Numbered from the whole stretch's first letter, positions 25,728 to 38,052 are shown. The stretch: DNA of 56,948 bases, filler included, from Streblomastix strix (GCA_008636045.1; 3 parts of 3 records of this genome joined end to end with filler, not necessarily neighbours in it), one strand, 5' to 3'. The notes: generated from the letters alone by a model not told the origin. A program made the numbers and translations.

Positions 25728-27671
25728 TCAACCAGCATTAATCGTACTTCCGCCAAGCTCACCAATAACGTCAATATTTAACACTTATGGATCAGGATTA
25801 TTATCAAATGTAATTCGCATAAATGTATCACATAGATAATGCATCATTGGAGTAATAAACGCTTTAGTTGGATCAGGATAACTTCTCATAGCAATAAATT
25901 CTTTTAAATCATATTAGTTCTAATCTTTATTTATCTCTGAACTATCTAATACTCATTTAGTCAAATTACCATGTAAAATAACTTATATATTTGTTCTTGC
26001 ACCTAATTTTGAAGAATTATAGCCTCGCATAAATGAATCATCAGTAGCTAATTTCTATGCAAGCATTTATTTGTAAAGATATAGTGTTTTAGTAATTTTT
26101 GTCCCTTCAAATAATGTAGATACAGCAAATACATTTACATCTCCACTTCCATAGAAATTATCTTTATCAGAGCAGTTTATATTTTCAAATGTAAGTGAAT
26201 GATATAGATCTGATGGAGCACTAACGACATCTTAATCAACGAAATAATCAAACATTAATCCAATAACGGTTTGTGTTAATGCTTCATATGGTTATGGAAC
26301 TACATGTCGTTAATCAATAATCAAATCAAAATCATAAAATAATATAGGATAGAACCATGTTGGATACTATGGCATGGCAAACGTCATAAATAGTGATTTA
26401 ATATTAGAGAATGACATAATACTTTACATAACACCACTTGTATCAGTAAAACCACTAAATGGGAAATTTGATGATTAAGATCTAAATACTTAGGTAGGGA
26501 AATTGACTATTCTTTACTATCTAATCATGTTAACTATTGCAACTTCATTTTCAACATTAAAACATATGTTCTATATCTCTAATTTTTCAAATTTTGCATT
26601 ATTAATTTAACTAATACTGTTCTATGGTACCCTATCAGCAGCTGCAGCATTTTACGTATTGACTATTCTTACGTTAAATTTTTTATAACTAAATAATCCT
26701 TCTGCAGTAGGCTCCTTTAATAGATAAACTGTGTCTGGTTTCTCAGGTGGAATCATGTGATAAGCCAAGTGTTAGTTTCTTACCGTATCTTATTTGTTAA
26801 GTCAAACTACCTTCAAATCCTACAGGTAATCTTATATCCAAAGTTATAGAAAAAGTGAAGCGTTATTCCTAGTAAGAACAGGAAATGAGTTAAAGATTGG
26901 ATTTAATTAATTAAGATCAAGAACACTACTAAATGTAATATCAAATGGAATTTTTAAATGCTATGGAGTTTTATCACATCTTCTATCAATATCACATAGA
27001 GGTATATCAATAAATATTCGACAATGACATTTATCATTAGTGATACTTTCTAGAGGAGAAACACTAACGCTATTGCTAGTACACAAATCACTCAAGGAAT
27101 TAGAACTAATTGCAGCTTATTCTCTAGCATATATTGAAGTTCCCCATAAAGCAGTGGCATCACGCATCAATTGAAATTGGTGAAATGGTCCACACGCAGT
27201 GGAGAATCCAAGCCAAATACGTAATCGATCAGAATTATCAAATCCTTCAGCTTATTTTCCATAATACTTTTATGCGCCTTATGTCATATCTACTGTTACA
27301 TTAGTTTATGAATCTACTTTACCATTGAAGTTAATTTTCTTATTTAAATCATCTTCTTCCTCATTTGATTCATTTAATTATATCGCTAATGTATCTTTAG
27401 GTATGGCAATTGTCCAATTCACTTAGCATGTTTATACCATTGAACAAGTGGCTAATCCCCTTGCTCCTAGTGGTGCTCTAGTATATTTAACTCCACTAGA
27501 TGTTAGTTCATTTACTGGTTAATCAGAGAATTATTGCTTGGAAATTGAAAGTGATCCTGGATGAATAGTTAATGTTTTTAATATATCACCTAATTACATA
27601 TATCCAGCAACATAATCAGAGTGTTACATTTTTTACAAACTGGCTAGATAATCACTAGATTTGAATGACAT
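25728..27671 (-). CDS. Probable major capsid protein (double jelly-roll), 647 codons, with two premature TGA
   Basis: Single frame from ATG 27671 to TGA 25728, with in-frame TGA at 26802-26804 and 25953-25955. Beta-strand-rich (RIWLGFSTACGPFHQFQL, NIKSLFMTF, FDLIIDQRHV). Size and context fit a Maverick MCP; the fold is inferred. Confidence 0.75.
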
Positions 27672-27738
27672 TTCAATAAAACAAAAATAACTGTACGCTG
27701 ATGACGATAATGATAATAAATTTTTATATTAAATCAAA

Positions 27739-27948
27739 ATGGGTTTCTTCTCTGGAATAGCGAATTTTGGATCGAAAATTTTAGGCGGTGTTAAGAAAGC
27801 AGCGTAATGGGTAGCACCAGCATTACATAAAGTTTTATCTACTATCTGCGGTCCGGTAGGAATGATTTATCCTGGAATTGGTGGCGCATTAGGTGCAGGA
27901 GCTAATCTCGCAGGTGCAGTTGATCGATTGGTAAATAAACGTAATTGA
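27739..27948 (+). CDS. 69-aa Gly/Ala-rich amphipathic peptide, candidate membrane-penetration or core protein
   Basis: MGFFSGIANFGSKILGGVKKAAQWVAPALHKVLSTICGPVGMIYPGIGGALGAGANLAGAVDRLVNKRN*. caaaATG context; divergent from the MCP. Confidence 0.85.
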
Positions 27949-27968
27949 CGTAACTTATCTTTATAAAA

Positions 27969-30092
27969 ATGAACAGCTCATTATCGTAACAATAAATCCG
28001 AACAGTTAGATAGTTAATCACTAACGATATTGCTTACTATATTCAATATCAGAAACGATCTAGTTCAAGTAATGGAATGATATCAAATGATGAGTATCAA
28101 TTATTCATAGATAATAACAATGCATTAGTCTACGCCGCTAACAATTAAATCGTCGATGATATGACATCAGATTACGCATTAAAAATAGAACCAAATGGAC
28201 TATTAACAATAAAGAATTTGAAGGTGATTAATTTTGATTTTGTTGCATAGATTAATTAGTTGATTAATTAAGTGAATTTACTATAACAATCAATTGGAAC
28301 AACAGAATAGGATACCACTGATATAAAAAATGATATTGATACAATTAATTAAGAATTATCACGATAAATTCATTTCAGAGGATATTATTTATTGAATACA
28401 GATATATAAAATTTACATAATTCCGCTAATGGTGATTTTGCTTTTAGTGCTGAAAGTGGGACAGTTTGGATGTTTGATGCATCTTGGTATAATAGTGGAG
28501 ATATTGTTCCAGATTAAGTAACACCAGCTAGTGATGCAACACCATTATCTGATGGTACAGCAACTGCAGGAATTAGTACAGAATATTCACGTGGCGATCA
28601 TGTTCATCCATTAAATATAACAACTACTATTCCATCATAGGATAGTGCAAGTGGATCTGTTGGTACAAGCAATTATTATGCTAGAAACGATCATTCACAT
28701 ACAATTAATATTGAGACTAATGCTTCAAATATTCCAATCGCTAATGGTGTTGGTGCTAATGGAACATCAGCTTTTTATGCTAGACAAGATCACGTTCATC
28801 CATAGTAATTAACTTATGATGGTAATGTTACAGCAACTAAGTTCATTAAAACTGGCGGGACAGTTAATGATATATTGCTAGCTGATGGTTCTACTAAATA
28901 ACAATATTATGCAAGCAAATTATATCAAGCTGTTGATTAATCTTAATATATTAAATTATGTAAGTTTAATGCTTTAAGTTTTTCTACTGATATTTCAATT
29001 GAATTCAAAGTAGCTACTAGAAGTGGATTTGGATAAATATAATTTAATTAACATTGGACTTAAGATTTAGGGAGAAATAACTATTAGTATAAATTTATTC
29101 CAACATTAGCTTCTGGTTTTAATAGTGCATGGATCTTATATTTTGGAACTGATTTAGATAGATATGGAGAATTATGGAGTCCAATAGATAGCTATTCTTA
29201 TAATACTGTTATAAATTAAACAGATATAAGCGCTTTTTAGGGTAATATTACTGAAATATTAACCACTGACGCACAACAAGCATTACCTACAGGGTAAAGT
29301 AGCATATAACAATTATTTCTAAACATATATAATAGTTTATAAGTTAATCCAACTGGTAATAATTATAATTAAGGCATAATAATATCACGGTCTGTTAATA
29401 ATTATAGTGGAATATTTCTTGGTTGTGATCCTCTATCAACTACAGGACCATTAGCAGATTAATGGAGTATAGTAAATGCAAATAATGGTGAGTTAAGGAT
29501 AGGAGTTAATGATTAAATTACTGCGGTTAATTAAGGACTAATGATATCAGCTGATGGATAAGCTTTAACATTTAACGGTAACTAATTCGTTGATTTAACA
29601 ACAGATTAAGCATTAGCAGGAATAAAAACATTCCATAAATTAGTATAAGTAATTCCATCAGCTAATGGTACATTTAACGAAGGGATAAGAATAAGTAGAC
29701 ATTCAACAAATTAATGGAGTAATATATAATTTGGTAGCGGTCCAAATTCGAATAGTGGTAAGATTGATAACTAATGGCTGGTAGGATCAACTGGAAATAA
29801 TGGTGCAAATCCTCTTGGTTTTGTCATCATAAAAGCAGGATAAGAAGGTTAGGCTGATAGAGGATTATAAATATCTGCTGATGGAAACGCATTATCTTTC
29901 AATGATACTGTAACAGCAGGAAATGGTGCAAATAACGGAGCCACAGATAGGTCAGTTAATTATCCTGCATGCAATCAAATCTTATGGGGTGCAAATAGTC
30001 TTAGAACAGATGGTGGTTTCTATAGTAATGGAACTATTATATTCTGGAGAGCCCATGCGTTATAATTTGATCCGTACTACTAAGGATAATGA
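27969..30092 (+). CDS. Long phage-tail-fibre-like protein, 707 aa
   Basis: Fully open table-6 frame. Three repeats YSRGDHVHP/YARNDHSHT/YARQDHVHP; FIKTGGTVNDILLADGS; two repeated domains (NQGIIISR/NEGIRISR ... GLxISADG). Confidence 0.85.
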
Positions 30093-30111
30093 GGATTATT
30101 TTTGAAATTAA

Positions 30112-30570
30112 ATGGAAAAACAGTTAACGTAACCGTTCAAACAATTATTCAATGAATTAATCAAATCTCACTTTAATGATATCGATTCAATTAAAGCTAC
30201 AATTGAAGCATTATAAAATTTGTTAAAGAATGATATAATAGAATCAATCCATCTATTAATCTAAGAATTAATGAGAATCAATAAAATGTTTACTAATCAA
30301 TAGCAATAATTATAAAATATAAAGAAGATGGTAGATGAAGAAGACTATAAAAATAAGTTATTTAATGAATAGGATAAGTACTTCAAAAATAAATATCTAT
30401 TAATCAAAAAGTCATTAGATCTAAACAATTAACCATAACAAATAAAGAAGTACATTATCTCTGATGCTAGTGAAGAAGAAAAATAGATTTACAATTAATT
30501 TGTGAATGATGAATAATACAGTAACTTCGTCAATTATTATCAGCTTAATTTAAAATAATAAGATTGCTGA
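30112..30570 (+). CDS. Viral ORFan, 152 aa, helical
   Basis: ATG to TGA open in table 6. Confidence 0.75.
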
Positions 30571-30778
30571 TATATTATATATATTTGATTATCTCTTCAA
30601 TTTTATCTTAGATTGGTTCAACGAAAGTATAATGTTATTTGAATTATTCATACAATTATTTTTCTTCAATTGATAGATCATTTATCTCAATTAATGCTTC
30701 AAATATTTTGAAAATCTCATAGTCAGACGCATTATACTTATCACCAATGCTTCTTGCTAAACTATACAATTATTCCAT
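30530..30778 (-). CDS. Viral ORFan, ~82 aa
   Basis: MEQLYSLARSIGDKYNASDYEIFKIFEAL... The 3' end overlaps the convergent ORF, so the true end is uncertain. Confidence 0.5.
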
Positions 30779-30788
30779 TACATTTAAT

Positions 30789-31181
30789 TCAAACAATTTT
30801 TTTTTATGGCAAATTTAACATTTTAAGATAAAGGATGTATCTCCAATGAGTAGCTAATTCCAAATCTTTATTTGATATTGCTTCATTCAGAAATGTTTCG
30901 ATTTATTCAACAAAAAATTACGACCAATGTATGCTAGGTTAATTCTTATCCATTTTTCTTTTGTAAAAGTATTGTATAATGTAAATCGTTATATTTAATG
31001 GGACCAATACTATATTAAAATAACTCCATAATGTTTTTACAATATTAACAGTGTCCCAGAATTTCTCCGGTATGGATACTTATATGATTGATGTTATAAA
31101 ATTAACGCCATAGAACATGTAATTCATTATCCCCATGATTAACGATAGCAATTTCATTGCCGCCGTAGGTAGTATGGTCAT
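30789..31181 (-). CDS. Small viral membrane protein (2 predicted TM helices), 130 aa
   Basis: LLSLIMGIMNYMFYGVNFITSII and LWSYFNIVLVPLNITIYIIQYFY, followed by KRK. Confidence 0.7.
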
Positions 31182-31197
31182 TTTATTATTTTTGAAA

Positions 31198-32217
31198 ATT
31201 ATATTATAAGAATTATAAGATATAACATTTACTAATCAGGATCTATTGAACGAATATAAAACTAAGCCATTAACGAAGAATTCATTGTTCCTGATTAATG
31301 TAAATCATTATATTGTGGGAGCTGTTGGAAGTGGTAAAACAACATTAATGTGCAAGCTAATTGTGATATATAAAAAAATCATTAATCCATTCATATAATA
31401 CTTCTCGAATTATGGTGCAGATGAAACTAAGGCATTAAACCTAAACAGTAAGAACATTAAATTAACAAATATGACTTATGGAGAAGCAATGACATTTCTA
31501 CCTGAATTTGATGAGATAAAATACTCTACTAAAGTGACGTATACATGGTATAAGATGAATGAATAAAAATAATCATACACTAGCGATTTCATTAAACGAA
31601 TGGAAGAGTAAATCCTATAAAATAATGAGATAAAAAAGAATGAAAAACTTAATGATTATCTTAATAGAATTGCTAAACTATTCAAATAAAAAGTAATTGA
31701 AACCATTAATACATACAGTTAATCAACCAAGATATTGAGATTTGAAATTCCTGCATTAATTCAAAACGTTAGTTACCAAAAGAAATACAAAATTACTGAT
31801 GATGCATAAAATGCAGTTATTAAAATAATGAAAATACCTATATTAGAAAAAGCTTAATTACTCAATACATTAATGCTCTTGGATGATATTGGATCTAATG
31901 CAGACATCTAACGATTCAGTTCATAATTATCTAAAACAGTTACCCATCTCATTAGTGATTCTCGTCATTCAAAAAATACTATTTTCTTTATAGCTTAACT
32001 TCCAACTTATTTGTTTAAGACAGCTATGATATTAACCCATGTAATTTGCTTAGGTATAAACATCGGTGAGAGTGATCTTAAACAGGTTTATGAGGAAAAT
32101 TCCATATAAAATTTAAATTTTGATGAATTCATGATATTATAAAGGTCATTAAAGAAATATGACTTCATCATTCTGAACAAATGGATTGGTTAGTTCTAAA
32201 TTTTGAAAAATAAATGA
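31198..32217 (+). CDS. A32/FtsK-HerA-type DNA packaging ATPase (~339 aa; no ATG before Walker A)
   Basis: Walker A YIVGAVGSGKT, Walker B LMLLDD, arginine-finger/Gln motif DSRHSKNTIFFIAQ (Q encoded by TAA). Confidence 0.92.
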
Positions 32218-35200
32218 TCAATTAAATGTGAAATCTTTTGAAGAAAGGCCGAAAATAAATGGACAACATGATTAATTCTCTAGCACTGGCATTTTCGTAT
32301 GGATTCCCGTGATTCTATTTTTTTCGATAGATAAATAACTTATCTAATGATTCTTCTAGCCCAATCTCATATTAGTGCATTTCGTTATTTTTCCTTCATT
32401 AATGCAATCGATTATCTATGCTTTAGTGATTTTGTTAGTCTTCTAATTAACTCCTTTTAGTTTTATTTTTGAATTTCCATTGTAATTTGTTTCAATCATA
32501 TAATTTTTAGGAGCTAATGCCACCATTGATATTCCTTATCTTTCGATCGATAATCCAAGGATTTTATTTTCATCATATACATCGCCTCTAATCGTGGGAA
32601 AGTAATACTTAGCATTATCGTTATAAAAATCTCGATCACTAATCACAGCTTTAAATTACTAAGGAAAATCTTCATTAGGATTACCATTAATCGCCCAATA
32701 AGCTGAATCAGTATCTCCTTCAATAAAATGTATTTTATTCATATCTAAGCATTTATACATGAAATTACATATGAAATTTAGATACCAATATTTAACGTTA
32801 TCCAATACAAAAAAAAGCTACTTATAAAGGTGTTTTATAGTTACAGTGTTCTGGATTCATTTATACAATATAACTGTCTTCAGATATCTTTTGTTCATCC
32901 ATGAAGGCGTTAGATCTAATTGCTCTTTCTGTCTATTTCTTATTCATTATTTTTACTTCATGATATTTCTCAGTGTTCATTCCATCACTACCATAAGAAC
33001 TATTCATAACAATCTTAAAGAATTATTCCTATCCATTATTCTCATCTAATTTTGCTTCTATTCTAATTTTAGTAAATTCCTTAATAAATGAATTGAATTA
33101 ATCATGTTAATTGAATAGCACTTTCTATTTTGCATCATCTATAATAAAATGGCAATCATCAATCAAGAACCATTGGTAATATGAGCTAAATGCCATGAAT
33201 TCTCCCATCGTTGATGTAAGATTAGTTAGTTTACGTTATTTTTGATCAGAGCTAACATTATTGTTTTTCATATGATTATACATATAACTACCGATAGTTC
33301 GTTCATCTGTTGTGAATTCATAATTGCTTAGGATTGGTGGAAAATTAATGATATCGTTAATGTAATTCTAATCAATGTGGCCTTTAACTTCTGCTAGGAA
33401 TTATTGACCATCAGATGTAAATCTCTTTTTAATATTAATTATTCGTAATATTGTTTATTTGGAATGGTCATTGTTAGCAGAGCTCAAACCTACGGTTTCT
33501 CCCATAATCTTACCTGTTTATGATCCATACATATACATTTTTCCACCTGTACACTTAATAAATTAATGTGGTTCTGATGACATAACACTAGGATATAATG
33601 AATTGAAATCAACACCAACTACATGAGTAATTCTATGATCAGTTGTCAGAACTGTTACCTTCTTATTTTACTTATCATACCATAATCGTTTTATAAAATC
33701 AATTCCTGATCTATTGACTCGATGCATTACATTTGATAATCCACCTGCGATCCATTTTCTGATTAAATGATATACATCAATATCTGTTAGATTAGTTGGT
33801 GATCATCTTATCATACAATATTTATGTAATTATATGAACAATTTACTTATATTTTTATCTTTATCCGAGCAGAAGCAATTACAGTATAAACAACAGGGCT
33901 AAACATTATCTTTTGAATGACTCTTTGAATTATCGATTCTATCTAATGTTGGCTTATTATTCCATGTAAATTTACATCCACATATTTTGCAGTTAGATTC
34001 ATTGAATAATCGTTTGAAATATTCATAATCACTATCTTTTATACTATTTTTTATATCAGTTTTTTTTATATTTATCTTATTGAATATATCCTTTCACTTT
34101 GCTCTACAAATATTGCTCAGTTAAATGAAATTTCTACGATTAATCAGTAAAATTAGGATATATACCATTAATGTCAAAATCTTCATACGCTTTGGCATAT
34201 TTGATAGCATTAGAGCATGCAGCCATACTCATGAAACTGAACATATCAATCTTATATTAAAATTATAAGCTAATCAATGTCATTAGTGGGTTAACCATTA
34301 CATACGTATCTTATTCATCAAAGAATTGTAGATAATCTCATCTATTTTTAAATCGTTTTGCTTCATCTAGATAAATCTAATAATCCTTCTAACTAATTTT
34401 GGTTTTCTTTAATGATGAGTTGAAATCTTCCATTGAAAATGGCTCTGATTTACTTAGTACTTCATTAACGTTATCAATGTTGAAAAATTCATAGGGAAAT
34501 AAGCCTTATTTATCGTCGTAACCATCGCAAAAATCTTTTGCTGCTTACTTTAATTCCGTAGGTTAAAGATACGTTAACATATCAACAAGTTTCATCTTTA
34601 AATTCAATTTTTTATGATGCACAATTACCAATTTAACTGTTGATGGGCTACCAGTATAATTACTAATTGTCCAATCTTTGCATTACATATACGATATGAT
34701 AAATAATAAATCAAATCTTGAGCTATTGAACCCAACAATTGGCACTTCAATTGAATATGGAATTTTCTCATCAATTGTCCCAGCTGCTGTTAAATATTAA
34801 TTATCAGCATTAACTTATTCTGCTTCTTTAAACAATTAATTTAACCATTAAACTATGAAATCGTTCCCATCCTATTAGCTAAAGAAGATTTTCTTAATAT
34901 CTTATTTGTTACGGATAGTTGATGCAACTGATAGGGGAAATAATTCATACATTTAATAACTTGATTTAACAAATTTTTTATTAACGATTTTAGGAACAGT
35001 TTCAAGATCATACGTGATGAAATATTATGTTGGTTTATATTCATTTTCTCTTCCATTAGCTAATAGATATTGATAAGTTTTATTCTGCATGATATGTGGA
35101 CAATATGGTTTTTATACATAATCCAGTTTAACTTTCTTAATTATTTTTCCACCATTATTCTCACATTTAATATTGTGTTTTTCATAATCTCTTGAGTAAT

Positions 35201-36856
35201 TTTTATCTTTAGGATCGAACGCTTTTGAATTACAGTGTGGGCAAAATTACAATCCCATTAATGCTTATTTATTAGCTATGGCAAATGCATGCGCTATCTT
35301 ATTATTTTCCCATATCGATTCAACAACTAATATATCAATTGTCTTAGATTATTATTGCACGATTGTTTCATTTTAATTAATTTCATTATAATCGTTGATT
35401 TGTTCACATTAATGCATAATCTACAATCCTCTATAATAATTCTTATGTTCATTATCGTAGTAGTAAATGTCATGGTTAATTTTTAACTTTTATGATACAA
35501 TTTACGCATATTTAGTTATATCTAATCCATCAAATACTTTCAATAAATCAGTCATTTATCTACTCTTTGAATCGAATGGTAGCTCTAATACTTAAACTAA
35601 TAGTTACTTGCTAATGCTAATAATTTCATCAGGAAAATAACGTTTTTCCTTCGAATCAGAATGTAATGCTTTTGCTATTGCTTCCATATAGCAGTTGTTA
35701 TTATTTCCAGTATTTTATATATAACATTTTTGCGACCATTACAATGAAAATCGATCAATTCTTTCATACTAGCTCCAACAATTTATGGTTATAGGTTATA
35801 CGTTTTGATTGGCATGGAATAGATAGCTATATATAGTTATCTTGTGCTATCTAATGTGAAATTCTATTTATTAATTATATCAGCTTTAATGTATTGCTAA
35901 TACTCTTCAATGTCGTCTTAATTTTATATGACTTTAGGAGAATGTTCTTATATACGTGTATCTCTAGCTAAAATATATCCATAATCAACTTAAACTTAAT
36001 CATTCTAATCATGTTTATATTCTTCATAAAAGATTCTAAAATTAAATTGTATCTTGAACGCTTAATGGTGTTGTGCATCATAAATTTCATTAACGTACAT
36101 CTCTATACCGGATAATGATTAGATAACATTATTATAATGTAATTGACTTAATTATCCCCGCTGCTCATCCATTTAATTTATTATACGTTCACGATTGAAG
36201 CCTGTTTTTGCGCCATCAACTGTATCAATAAATTACTCCATTTTCTCTGGTTGAAAATACAATATAACGCCTGCATCATTATCTATTTAATTAACGTCTT
36301 TTCCTTTATACTGATTAATTTTATCTTTAATCTCTTTATTTTATTAAGCAATAATTTGGTATTGTAGATTAGCTTCCTATTCTTCTTCCATTATTCTTCT
36401 GGCTTATTCCTATTCTTCTATGATATAATTAGTCCAGAAATCGTTAGCTTATTATTACTCTTATTATTAACGATATTCCTATAAATCTTATTCATAATAA
36501 TTAGAATGATAGTGTGTTAAATCTTAATGTAATTATCAATTTTATTCATCTATTTCATAATAGAAGATATCAGCTTATTTCAGCAATTATTCTCTACGAT
36601 ATTCTTATAAATCTTATTCATATTGATACTATTTGAAATGCAATCTCTGATTGATATTCAATGAATTATATTAATGTATTTATTTTAGATGTGATTTCAA
36701 TTCACTATAGTTACTTCTTCCTGATTTCTTATAATCAATCTTGTTTAAATATTCAATGAGTTATTGTTTAAGCAAATATATTTTTAATGATTCATTAACG
36801 TTTTTGTTGTTGATTTTGAGCAATTTAACGATCTCCGCTTTCCTTAGTTAAACCAT
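32218..36856 (-). pseudogene. polB: Protein-primed family B DNA polymerase (pPolB) with C2HC zinc finger and HNH-like insertion; several frameshifts and TGAs
   Basis: ExoI YDLET, ExoII GFNSSRFD, GLFPYE, PolA VDFNSLYPS, PolB KIVMNSSYG, PolC EGDTDS, KLKGV; CPHC...HNIKC; TLDRIDNSKSH..DNV..CC..CN. Confidence 0.95.
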
Positions 36857-36903
36857 TTGTTAAAAATAAAAAACAAATATAGAACAAAAACAATTTAGAC
36901 GTC

Positions 36904-37952
36904 TCATTAAAATTATATCTCTAACAATAAATTATTATACATGTCCATATATTACATAGGTATTTTTCTTCCAAAGTTATCATATAATGTAAACACTAAC
37001 GTTTTGTTCTATCCTACTAAGCATTATTGACTCATCATATTCTATCCTCATAGTACTGGCGCTTCAATTAAATTTTGTTTAAAGCATACATTTGAGAACC
37101 CATTACCACCAACTGATTACATAGTTATTCCTTATAATTAATTAGATACGCAAATTATTAGCATTTATGGATACTCTAGAAAATTCCCTATATATGAACA
37201 GAATATTGGTAAATCAACTTCTAAGCTTTCATTATCATGTTTAGTTTAATAGAACCATACTTCTAGATCAATTTACTTAATAGCTGATGCTAAATTAACA
37301 AATTAATTAGCGCTATTCTCATTCAATCCATCATATAGATCTTATCCACCAACTAATTGAACATATAGATTTGGTGACACTATTATACGATTAGCGAACC
37401 AATAAGTGTTATTTTAATAACAGTAATCAGTCACAACTAATGGGATAAATTAACCATAGTAATTTGTTCTTCCAACTGCTGTATAAATATCTTACCATTC
37501 TCCTATAGATAATGCAGGTAATGAATTGATAATTCTAACTGGAAATGTATTAATATTATTAATGATTTATTACATTGTTTATTGTTATACGTTAATTGGT
37601 TAAGCATCAGATGTGGTAAATGTTCCATTAGCATTTATATCAACTTACTTACCAAATAAGTATCTTATTGATAGGCCATTCCCTTATGTAAAAGATTTTG
37701 GTTCAATTGATGTAATATAATTATTTTATGTTGGGCAATATAATCGTACTAATCCAATCATTCGATATAACTCATTAACTGTGGAATCTAAGATCCAGTA
37801 GTGATAAAGAAATGCATCGATCCTAAGATTAATATAATTGATTGCTGAATTCACTATATCTTATCCATAATTCTAGTTTAATGAGAACATATTATTTTAT
37901 AATTTTTATACATGCTCGTTAATTGCATTATTAAAGCATATTGCCCCACTGT
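36904..37952 (-). CDS. Probable minor capsid (penton) protein, 5'-truncated by the contig end, frameshifted near 37075
   Basis: About 290 open beta-rich codons. The C-terminal VSVTLYDNFGRKIP...LLLEI resembles the terminal strands of Polinton/virophage pentons. Confidence 0.6.
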
Positions 37953-38052
37953 NNNNNNNNNNNNNNNNNNNNNNNNNNNNNNNNNNNNNNNNNNNNTTAA
38001 TTAATTAANNNNNNNNNNNNNNNNNNNNNNNNNNNNNNNNNNNNNNNNNNNN
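37953..38052. other. Artificial contig-joining spacer
   Basis: Same structure as 18936-19035. The contig lengths 18935/18917/18896 look size-sorted, so there is no synteny across spacers. Confidence 0.99.

Larger units (their letters stand above)
22614..37952. mobile_element. Endogenous Polinton/Maverick-like DNA virus (partial; truncated by the contig end)
   Basis: Contiguous intron-less gene array with pPolB, A32-like ATPase, capsid-like genes and fibres. Spacers are mostly under 80 nt and starts share an AAATG context. No TIR or integrase visible. Confidence 0.92.

Noticed and set aside
25953..34340. TGA read as Trp or Sec in viral genes (VV*LNK in MCP, KNR*DY in pPolB)
   Set aside because: Other in-frame TGAs fall where Gly or Arg is more plausible, frameshifts co-occur, TGG is used normally, and TGA ends the intact genes. 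Decay or sequencing error is simpler.
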